Shown here one piece after another: positions 24,640-37,048 of a DNA stretch of 64,000 nt (the first letter of the stretch is position 1; every line of letters begins with the position of its first letter). Origin of the DNA: Paragordius varius. Taxonomy: Eukaryota; Animalia; Nematomorpha. The position numbers were made by a program, and so were the translations under genes. The stretch spans positions 744,001 to 808,000 of the forward strand of contig OZ176060.1 of the NCBI GenBank assembly GCA_964247055.1. Direction: 5' to 3'. The notes under the pieces were generated by a model, which was not told the DNA's origin, ran no database searches, and saw only the letters and a list, made by a program, of their open reading frames with translations.

Positions 24640-27600
24640 ATGGATGAAAATTGTTATACTACTACAAATAATGCCAATGTATTAAAAATGGCGTCGGCAA
24701 AAAACATGTGTTTTAATGATGAAACAGCGACATTAAAACACCTGATGGGAGGAAAATCAGCTGATATCGAAAACAGCTGTTTTGCTCAAAAAGGTGTTAA
24801 TAAAAAACGTAAAGCTCTCGGCGCCATAGATGTTAACATAAACAATGTTGCTAATAATAAAAGTTATGTAACTATCAATAAAAGTTATGTAACTATCAAT
24901 AAAAATTATGTAACTATTAATGATAAAGAAAATAATGTAATTAACAATGAAAATTATGTAACCAATAATGATATTAATGTAAGTATTAATGAAGAAAATT
25001 ATGTAATTAATAATGAAGAAAAATTTGTAGTTAAAAACCGCGAATTTAATAATGATAATTTTAATGTAACTAATAATAAAAGTTATGTAATTAATAATAA
25101 AAATTATGTAACTAATAATAAAAGTTGTGTGGCTAATAATGAAAATTATGTGGCTATTAATGAAGGAAATAATGTTAATATCTATAATGAAAATTATGTA
25201 ACTATTAATGATGAAGAAAATTATGTAACTAATAATGAAGGGAAACAGAACGATGTTAGTATTATGGATTATTCTTTTAATGAATCTACAGCAAAAACAG
25301 CTGAAAAAGTTTATTCACAAAAAAGTAATTCGGAATCAAAAACAGCTGATTTTATTGGACTTGGAACAGCTGATGAAGGGTTAATAAATAGTTTTGGGAG
25401 AAAAACATCTGTTGAAAGGTTAAGAAAAAGTTCTGAAGTAAAAACATCAGTTGAAAGGTTAATAAAAAATGTTGATCCAGAAACAGCTGTTACCAATTTT
25501 CCGAAAACAGCTGACTATTTAAATAATTATGATGCAAAAACAGCTGATGAAAAAGATTATAAACTATCTGATGGAAGTTTTAAACAAAAAACAGCTGATT
25601 ATTTCTTTAATAGTTCAGAGGAGGAAAAAAGTAGTTTTGAAATAATATCAACAGCTGTTAAGAATGCCGAAAAGTGTTTTGGAACATCTGATGAAAAATC
25701 GTCATCAGGTGTTTCAATGACAATCTGCGAATCAGGTGATGTGACAAAAGTTGAACCATCAGCTGACAAAAATGTCATGGATATAAAAAGTTTGTTTTAA
25801 TTTTTTTAAAAAAAATTTTATTAAATTATTTTATAATAAAAAAGATTTTTATAATAAATATTATTTTTTAATAAATATTATTTTTATTTTAAAAATATAT
25901 ATATATTAATAAAACTAAAATATTTGCTGATTTTTAATTTTTTAAATGATTAATTATTTATTTTTGGTTAATATATTTATTTAATAATTATATATTTTTC
26001 AAATAAAATAATTTAATATTAATTAGACAGCTGTTTAATATTATTATGAATTTAATTATTTTTCATAATTTTACGTTAAATTGTTTATTTTACATATAAT
26101 ATTTAGTAAAATTATTAAATAAAAAATATATATATTATATAAAAAAATAATTTTTAAATTAAACAAAAATTTTATTACAGCTGATTTAGAGTTTATATTT
26201 TTATCTCTTAATAAAAATTAATTTTTAAATTAATCAAATAATTATGCAATTAATATATTTTAATTTATTTATATATATATATATAGTTTTCAAAAATAAT
26301 TTTAATTTTACTAACAGCTGGTTTAGTGAATGGCCCCGAAGCAGACGAAAAGTGTTCGCTCGAGCAGACGGTAACTTTGCTCGATATGTTTTGTATGCCG
26401 GAATATGTTTTGGATATTTTTCAGTTTTTAAAGAATATTGAAGTAAAAATATAAAATATTTATAAACTTTTTTAAATATATTAATTTTTTAAATAAATTT
26501 AATAAAAATGATTAAATTAAATTTAATATAAATTATTATTTTATTAATATTCAAAAATATTTTTTTAATTTAAAATTATTTTTTTAAATTTTTAGAATGA
26601 ACTAAGACCCAAACCCACTTACATGAGTAAACAACCAGACATAAGTCACGTGATGAGAAGCACAGTCATTGATTGGTTGGTTGAAGTGTCAGCTGAGTAT
26701 AAATTCAGCTGTCGCACACTTTACTGTGCGGTCGATATGATTGATAGGTTGTTAGAATGTTTTAAAATATTTGATATTTTTATTTTAAAAATTAATTTTA
26801 AATTTTTTTAAATTATTTTTTTTATTTTAAATATAATTTTATAAAAAATTACAACAAATTTAAAAAATTAATTATTTTAATATTTTTGAAATTAGAAATA
26901 AATTTTCTATTTTTTTTTTATATTGTATTAATATAATCACAAAACAATATATGTTTTTAAATAATTTAAAATCAATAAAAATTATTTTAAATAATTTAAT
27001 ATTATTTAAATTTAAGAAAATATGTTTTATAATTATGAAGTTTAAAAAATGAAAAATGAAAAATATTATATTTTAAATCAGCTGTCGCACACTTTACTGT
27101 GCGATCGATATGATTGATAAGTTAGCATTTGGAAGTCAAATTATCCTTGAATATTATAAATTATATTCATTTTAAATATATATTTTTTTTAAAAAATTTA
27201 TTTATTAATATTTATAAATTTTTTAGAAATATTATATTTTTTATAATATGTATTTTAAATATTTTTAACAAATTTATAAAATTATATTTTTAATGATTTA
27301 ATAAAACTATTTTATTTAAAAAAATAAATAATAGTATTCAAAAAAATATATTATTGTTTTTAAATTTTTAAATAATTATTTTTTTGATTTTATTAATAGA
27401 CATTATAAATTAATTTTAATAAATTTGTTTATTAAATAAATTAATTATAGTATAAAAAAATAAATAAATTTTTTTATTATAATAATTTTTAAATAAAATA
27501 TTTTTTATAATTTTATATAAATTTTAAATTTAATTATTTTTTTAAGTTTATTTATTTATATTTGTAATTTTTTTTATTTTAGATTTTTATCACTAATGGC

Positions 27601-30060
27601 AGTTAGTCGGGGGAAATTACAGCTGTTGGCAACAAGCGCTCTATATATAGCGGCGTATTTATTTTTATTTAATTTATTTTTATTTTAAAAAAAATTTATA
27701 TTTTTTGTAAAAATATATAAAATAAAATTTAAATTTAATTTTTATTTATATGATAAAAAAATTAAATAAAATTATAAAATTTTTTAAAATAAAATTTACT
27801 TTTGATTTTAAATAATTTTTTATTATATTTTAATAAGATATTAAATTTTAAAAATTTATTATATTTATATTTTAATAAATTTAATATTTTTATTATATTA
27901 AAATAATTAAATTTTTTATCATAAAATAATATAATTTCATACATTTTTATAAATTATAAATATATTTTTTTAATAAATTTTTTTATTTTTAATAATAATT
28001 TTATTTTTCTAAAAAATTAAGAAATATAAATTTGAATATTTTAATAAATTTATTTTATTAATTATAATAAAATAAAAAAATTTACCAAAAATTTTTATAA
28101 ATAATTTATTTTACAATTTTAATTTTTTTTATAATTAAAGAAAAGATTATTTTTGTAAAATATTAATTATATATATTTATTTATTGAAAAATTAAATTAA
28201 AAATTTTAATTTTTCAAAAAATTCGAAGAATTTTACTCATCAGATATCAATTTTTTATATTCAAAAAATAATAATAACATCTAAAAAAATAATTAATTCC
28301 TAATAATTTTTAGGGAATTTCGAAATAATATATATAATATTTATAATATAATAAAATAATTTGTTTTATGTATTTTTTTTTAAAAAAAATTTAATTTTCT
28401 ACAAAATTCGAAGAAATATATAAAAAATTTTATATATTGATTTTAATATTTTTATAATTTTTTTTTTAATTTTTAATTTGTGATAAATAATATAAATGAT
28501 ATTTTTTAATTTTTGAAAGATATTTTAATTAAAATATTTTTTTATAATTTAAAATTTTTAAAAAAAAATATACTGAAAAATATAATAAAATTTTTTAAAA
28601 AATTTTAATTTTCTAGAAAATTCGAAGAAATTTACCCCCCTGATATAAATGAATTTGTTAATTTTAAATAAAAAATATTAAAATAAAATTTTTGTAATTT
28701 TTAAATTTTAGAGAAAATAAATTTATTTTTATTTTTAAATTAATAGACAAATTTAATTATTAATTTGTTTATTTTTTTAAATTTTTAAAGAATAAAATAA
28801 ATTTATTTTTATTTTTAAATCAAATAATTTTTTAATTCCCAAAAATATTTTCAATTTTTCTAGAAAATTCGAAGAAATATACCCGCCTGATATAAATGAA
28901 TTTGTTTACATAACTGACAACACATATTCACGCGAACATGTGATTAGGATGGAACAGCTGATTCTCAAAGTTTTACATTTCCGGGTTGGTACATCAGCTG
29001 TTACGAGTGACTGGTTAGATGCATGCGTGCGAATTATGTTTACAAACCAAAAATCAGGTAATCTAAGAAATTTGAAAGGATATTTATGTTAATAAATATT
29101 AAATTTAGACTTAAAATAATTATTTTTTTACTAAAAAAATATATTTTTTAAAATAATTTAAATAGTTCTCATAAATATATGTAATTTTTTTATATAAAAT
29201 TTATACAAACTATATAAATCTGGTTAAATGCATGCGTGCGAATGGTGTTTTGATAGAAATTTTAATTTTTAAATAAATTTAATTTTTTCAGAAAATCAAT
29301 ATAGAATATTTAAATATTTAGAAATATTTATTAAAAAATAATTTTATAAAAATATTATAAATGACAGGTTAGATGCATGCGTGCAAATTATGTTTACAAG
29401 CCAAAAATCAGGTGTTTTATAATTTAAAAAGATATTTAAAAATTTTGAGTTTTTAATAAAAAAATAATTGATTTAAATAAAAAATAAAATATTTAGTTGA
29501 AATTATTTTAAGTTATAAATATAAATTTTTTTAAGTAAATATTATTATAAAGAAGAACTGGTTAGATGCATGCGTGCGAATCATGTTAAAAATTAAAAAA
29601 TCAGGTGTTTTAAATAAGAAAATTTTATAAAGATATATTTGATTTTATAATAATAGAATTTGAAAAATATTTATTAAATCATTTTTAATAGTCCTCTAAT
29701 ATAATTTAATTTTAAAAGACTGGTTAGATGCATGCGTACAAATTATGTTTATAGGCCAAAATCAGGTGTTTTATGTTTTTCAAAAAAAATAATTTTTTAG
29801 ATATTAAATCGTTTTTGATAACAATCAAAAATATGTCTATTTTGTGAAAAAATTGAAATTTTTTTATTTTTCATAAATTCGATCCTATCTGATTTTAAAT
29901 TCGAAATAAAAAAAATGTGTAATGACTAGATGCATGCGTGCGAATTTAGTTTAACAGGCAAAAATCAGGTGTTTATGATTGTTATTTTTATTCATTCATT
30001 CATTTATCAGGTGATGGCAAGTTGACAGCTGTTCAAAGGAAAGTACACTATTTAGCAAAA
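24640..30060 (+). CDS. CycA: Cyclin A, copy 1; exons 1-6 only (3'-truncated by duplication breakpoint, possibly the 5' half of a chimera)
   Basis: Exons 24640-25789, 26318-26442, 26596-26747, 27583-27654, 28864-29057, 30011-30060 (581 codons, open). D-box-like [10 protein letters not shown]. Cyclin box [30 protein letters not shown]...[39 protein letters not shown]...MEQLILKVL. Exons 7-10 of the second copy are absent downstream. Confidence 0.85.
27077..29975 (+). repeat. Intronic reiterations of cyclin A exon ends with splice sites (copy 1)
   Basis: Exon 3 end plus donor at about 27077. Exon 5 acceptor plus 5' end at about 28219, 28403 and 28612. Exon 5 3' end at about 29219, 29362, 29557, 29718 and 29923 (gactggttagatgcatgcgtgcgaattatgtttac...aaaaatcag|gtg), most retaining the donor. 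Confidence 0.85.
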
Positions 30061-30812
30061 GTATCAAATAATTGTTTTATAAAATTAATATATTTTAATC
30101 ATCTGTTTTAAATATTTTTTTATTTAAAATAATATATTTTATTAAAACAATATAAATATTTTTTTTATTAATTGTAATTTTTCATAAATAAAAACTAAAC
30201 ATCTGGTTCATATTTATGAATCACCTGTTTTTATTGTAAGAAATCATGAGCAACAGCTGATCACAAGATTTTATGGTGATTTGTCAGTTATATTAAAGGA
30301 AAAAAATTAAGATTTCCGTAAAATTTAAAAACAGCTGTTTTTTTAAAAAATACAACATTATGTTTATTTTATATTTTTAGGTATTAAAAATTATAAATAT
30401 ATATATTTACATATATTATCAATATTATAATTAAATATATATGAAAAATAAAAAAATTATTAAATTAAAAAATTTAATATTTGTTTATTAAACAAATATA
30501 ATTTAATATTTTCAAATTATATTATCAATATATAAAGTTACTTATTTTTTAATTTAAAATTATTAAACATATATTTTACTAAAATAAATAAATATATATA
30601 AATATTTTTTTAACCATTAAAAGTAAATTATATTAATTATATATTTTTAAAATAAAATTATCTTATAAAAATTATTTTTCAAAAAATTATATTTAATAAT
30701 TAACAAATAAATAATTTTCAAATTATATATATTCTATTAATAATATATAAATATATTTTTAGATTATTATCAAAATAAAAAATATATCAATTTATTCTTA
30801 TATTTATCATAG

Positions 30813-33800
30813 AAACCATTATCATCTGATGGAAACGTGAAATCAGGTGATCTGCCTCCTTTTTCGCACACATTCATCCCATCAGCTGCTGTCGACTTTA
30901 GAAAATTTCAAACAGCTGTTCCAACTAATAATATTGGAAATAATAATAATTTTCAAATTCCTACTGATTATGATTTTGGTATTTATTTTATTTTTTCATA
31001 AAACAGCTGTTTTTATTAAATTTTCAAAAACAGCTTTTATATTTATTAATATTTTGTTATATATATTTATTAAATATTTTGTTAAAATTTTTTTGTTTTA
31101 TTAAAAATTATTTTTTGAAAATAAAATACTGAAAAGCAGCTGTTTTATAAAAAGATTCAAATAAAACAGCTGTGTTATTAAATTTTAAAAATCAGCCGTT
31201 TTCAGACATTAAAATGTATATATTATATTTTAATTTTTTTAAAATAAATTTAAAAACAGCTGTTTATGTATATTTATTATTATGTTAAGATTTTATATAT
31301 ATTATTTAATATTATATTTAAATTTTTTAAAATAAAATATAATTTAAAAACAGCTGTTTTTAATAAAATTCAATAAGTAATGATAATTTTCAAATTCCTA
31401 CTGATTATAATTTTGGTATTTATTTTATTTTTTTCATAAAACAGCTGATTTTCAATTGAAATATTTTTTAATGCCTAAAACAGCTGTTTTTAGATGGATA
31501 TATATTTTAATTATTTTTACAAAACAAAATTTTTATATAATATACGTATAATTTAATTTTTTTATATATCCTAATTATATATATTTAATAATTTTATTTA
31601 AATTTTTTAAAAATAAAATGCATTTTGAAAACAGCTGTTTTTCTAAAAAATGATAATTTTTAAATTCCTACTGATTATTTTTTTAAATAAAACAGCTGAT
31701 GTTTTATTTAAATTTTTTATCCAAATATTTAAAATGGTATTTTATGTCTATTTAAATAAAAAAATATTTATTAAATTTTAAAATAATTATTTTTCAATGA
31801 TAAATCATATATTTTTCATTGAAATATAATAATTTAATTTTATATAAGATAAATAATTTTAGGAATTTAGTAAATAATAATATTTTTTTAAAATAAATTA
31901 TGCGATAAAAACAGCTGATTATTAATTAAATTTTTTTATTTTAAAATAATTTATAAATTCTTTAATAAGAATGTAATAGATATTTTTTAATAAAATAAAT
32001 AATTTTATAAAAAAAACCTGATTTATAAAATTTATAAATTTTTTTAATTTAAATTTATTATAAAATAAAATAATTATATTTATAAAATTTTATATTTAAT
32101 AATATAAATTAATTTATTTTTTTATTATAAAAAAACAGCTGATTTATAAAAAAAATTAATTTAATTTTTTTATTTGATAGAAGAAATAATATATTTTTTT
32201 AAAAAAAAAATTATTTTATAATAAAAATAATTTATTTGATAATAAAAGTAATTTAAAAAAACAGTTAATTTTTATTAATTTTTTTAAATTATTTTTAATA
32301 AATACTAATTTTTTTTAAATAATTTATTTTTTTTAAAAAAACAGCTGATTAATAGTTATTTTATAATAAAAATTAATTATTTATATTATGAAAATAAATA
32401 ATTTATTTAAAATTTAATATTTTTTAATTTTTTTTATTATTTTTTATATTTGTATTTAAAATTTAATATTTTTTTATTTTTTTTGTTTTTTTATTCATAA
32501 AAATTATTAATTAATATATTTGATTTTTAATTTAAATTTAATATTTTTTAAATTAAAAAATTCAATATTTTATTTTTTATTAATTTTTTAAATTATTTAA
32601 TTATTATTTTTATTTTTAATACTTTTAATTATATTATTTAAATTTTAATATTTTTATTTTTTTAAAAAATAAAAAAATAAAATATTTTTTTTTCTAAAAA
32701 TATATTTTTAGATTATCCAAATTTTATTGATCATATTGGAGGTTCTCACTTTCAATCCACGAGGTTTTTTATTTTATTAAATTTATTCTATTTGAAATAA
32801 ATTATTTTAATTTAAAATAAAAAAATATTAATTTTTATTAATAAATATATTTAATTTAAAGAGTTTTTGTAATTTCATTAAATTATAATTTTTTATAGTC
32901 ATAATAAAAAAATATTTAATGAGTATTTTTAATTGTTATCAATTATATTATAAGAAATAAAGAGATTATAAAATGAAATTAATTATATTAATTAAATTAT
33001 AAATAAATTATAATTAAAATTTAAATAGATATTTTAAAAATAATTTTATTTGAAAAAACATATTTTAATTTACATATATTAATTTTTATAAAAATTAATA
33101 TTGATTAATAAAATTAAATTTATAATTATTTTCTCACCTCTATTTTTGTTTATTTGTTTATTTAATTTTAAGTTTTTGTATTTTAAATAAATTGTTTATT
33201 TTTTAGTAAAATTAAAATTATATATTTTAATTTTATAAAAAAATTTTTTTTAAAATATTAATTCAATTTTTTCATGAGTATTTATTTTTTTTGATAATTT
33301 ACATATTTTTATTTAAAAAACATATGAAATATAAATTTATAAAAATTTAATTTTTCTTATTAAAATATTTTATTTTTTTTTTTTAACTTAATTATATTTT
33401 TACATTATAAAAATAATTATATTTTTTTAATTTTAATAATACTTTTTTATTATTACAAATATAAATATTTTAAAAATATTTAATAAAATATTTTTATTAT
33501 TTTTGAAAATTTAATTTATAATAATTTAAATATTTTTTATTTTTTTGTTTTAAAAATGTTTTTTTAAAAAAATTATAAAAAAATTATTAAAATTATTTTA
33601 TTAATTAAAATATTTTTTTTTAATTTATATTTTAAATAAAAAATAAAATTTAGAAATTTTTAATAATTTAATTTTAAAAAATTATAAAAAAATTATTTTT
33701 ATTAAAAAATTATTTTTATTATAAAATATTTTTTTATAAAATTTTAAAATTAATTAATAAAATATTTAAAAAATAATTAAAAATATTTTTTTAAAAATTA

Positions 33801-34198
33801 TTAAAAAATAAATTTTTTTAATAAAATAATTTTTTAGATTTGAAACTCAGAAACCGTTCTTACCTGATTTATTATTGCCAAGATCAGCTGTTCCCCTAAC
33901 TGCAAAAAGTGTGAAAAGGTGATTTTAAATTAAATTTATTAAAAAATTTTAATTTATTTAATTTAATTTAATATTTTAATTTTTTTTAAATTAATATTTT
34001 AATTTAATTAAATAATATAATTTTTATATTAAATATTTATTAAAAATTTATAAAAATTATTTTAATATTTATTTAAAATTAAATGTATATATATACATAT
34101 ATATTTATAGTATTTAATAAATTTTATAAATATATATGTAAAATTAATTAAATAATATAATAATTTTCAAAAAATATTATTTTTTATTAAAATTAAAT

Positions 34199-34253
<55 letters not shown>

Positions 34254-37000
34254 AAATTAAATATTTAAAAAAATTTATATAATTTTTTAAAATTTATTTA
34301 AAATTAAATATTTAATAAATTAAATAAAAATTTATTGAAATTAAATAAAAATTTATTGAAATTAAATAATATAATTGATAAAATAATAATTTTTTAAATA
34401 TTTATTTTTAATAAAAAAATAATTTTTTATGAAAATTTATTTTTTAAAAAATATTATATAATAAATATTTATTATTTTTTCTTATATGTATATTATAAAA
34501 TTAAATAATTTAATTAAATGAATATATAATTTTTTTAAAAATATTTATTTTCATAAATTTTTATTTTTTTAATATTAAAATTTTTATAAAAAATATAATT
34601 TTTTAAAAAATACTAAAATTCATATTTTAATATATAAAAAAAATATTATCACTATAAATAAAAATATTTTTTAAATTTTAATATTATATTATAAAATTAT
34701 ATTTAATTAAATTAATTAATTTATATAAAATAATTTAAAAATATAAAATGATATATTTTTTAACTATATATAAATTATTATATTTAAAATATTGAAAAAA
34801 AAATATTAAAATTAATTTATTTTTTAATTTTTTATATATATAATTTTTATTTATTTTTTTAATTTTAATTTAATTTAAATTAAATTTAAATTTTAAATAT
34901 GAAATTATATTGAAGATATAATTAATTTTATATAAAAAATTATAATTATATAATAAGAAAATTATTAAAAATATAATATATTTTAAATAATTTTAAAATA
35001 AATTTAAATAAAATAATTAAATAAATTTTAAAAAATTAATATTTTACTTTTTTTAAATTATTTTTTTTTAAATTTTATAACTTTTTAATTTTTATTTATA
35101 TAAATTATTTTTATATTTTAAAATAATTTAATATTTTGAAAATTTTAATTTTTTTAAATTTATTAAATTTTATTAAATAAATTAATTATTTAAATTTAAA
35201 ATAAAATAATTTTCGTTTAATGTTTCAACATTTTTTATATTTAGAATAATTTTTTAAATAATTTTAAAAATTTCAAAATAAAATATTTAAATTTTAAAAA
35301 AAAATATTTTTATAACTTTTTTTAATTTTTAATTTTTATTTATTTTTTTAGAATAACCGCCCCCTTTAGATGTCAAATATTTACGACAACACCTGTTCGC
35401 CCAATCAGCTGTTTAATTTAATATTTTTAATTTTTTAAAATATTTTAATTTAAATTATTTTATATATATTTTAAAATATAAAATATTAAAAACATAAAAA
35501 TATATATTTTTAATAATATAGAAATATATTTGTTTTTAAAAAAATATATTTATTTTATTATTTTACAAAAATGTTTTTTTTTAAATAATATATTTTTTAA
35601 AATGATATACACATCTTAAAAATAATTTATATTATTAAAAAATATATATAAAAAAATATTTTATTTAATTTTAAATTTATTTTTTTTTTTAAATTTGATT
35701 ATTTATGGAATTTAAATAATTTAATATATATATAGTTTAAATAAATTTAAAATATTTTTATTTTCATATTTTTTAATAATTTATTAATTTTAAAATATAT
35801 ATATTATAATATTTTGAAATAATATTAATTTATTATATAAATAAATTTTAAAAATCTATAAATTATGTTATATATTTTATTAAATTATTTTTTTTTCTCC
35901 AAATTTTAAATTTATTTAATTTAAAAGTAATTTTTTATTTTTTAATTTTAATAAAATATAAAAAAATTAGTTTTTAATAAATTTTTTTAATAAATAATAT
36001 AATAATTTATTTTATTATTTATTTTTTTTGAAAATATTTTAATTTAAAAAATATTTTATTTTTTTAGTATTTTCTAGAAGAACTTTGCCATCTATACCAG
36101 GTTTTTATTTTTTTTTATTTTTTTAATTTTTTTAATTTTTTTATTTTTTTTTATTTTTATTTAAAATAAATTAAATAAATTATATTTTTTATATTTTTTT
36201 GTATTTTTATTTATTTTTTTTTTTAAAAAAAATTTATTTATTTTAATTATTATTTATTATTCAAATAAATTAAATAAATTATATTTTTTATATTTATTTA
36301 ATTTTTTTTATTTTTTTATTTTTTTTATTTTTTTTTTATTTTTTATTTTTTTTATTTATATTTTTATTTTTTTTAATTTTTTATATTTTTTAATTTTTTT
36401 GTATTTTTATGTATTTTTTTCATGTTTTTAATTTTTTGTAAATATATTTATAAATATATATAATTTTTTCAGATACTTTTTTATATATTCTTATTAATTT
36501 TATTAAATTAAAATTTATTTAATATTTTTTAAATATTTGTTTTTTTTATTTTTAATTATAAATTTATTTTATTTTAATCTATTTATATAATATTTTTTAT
36601 GTAAAAATTATTTTAAATTTTTATAATTTTAAAATATTTATATTAATTTATTTTAAGTTTTAATTTTTATTAATAATATAAAATAAATTCTAAAAATTTA
36701 AATTAATTTATATTTTTATTAATATTAATTAAGTTTTATATATTTTTATATATTAATTTAATTAAATAATATAATTAATAAAAATTTAATATTAATAAAT
36801 TTTTAAAATTTGAATTTAAAATAAAAATTTTATTATTTAAAATCAGCTGTTAGATTAGGAACAGCTGGTTTTGAAAGTTCAAGAAGTTCGGTTATTTTTA
36901 CACGTGCTCGATTTACAGGTAAAAATAAAAATATTTTAAAAAAAATATTTTTAAATTTTTTTATTTAAAGTATATTTTATATTAAAATAAAAATATTTTA

Positions 37001-37048
<48 letters not shown>

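Noticed and set aside
25311-25496. Minus-strand ORF and the off-frame ORF at 26244-26441
   Set aside because: Shadows of cyclin A exons 1 and 2. The ORF at 26623-26811 is real only up to the exon 3 donor at 26747.
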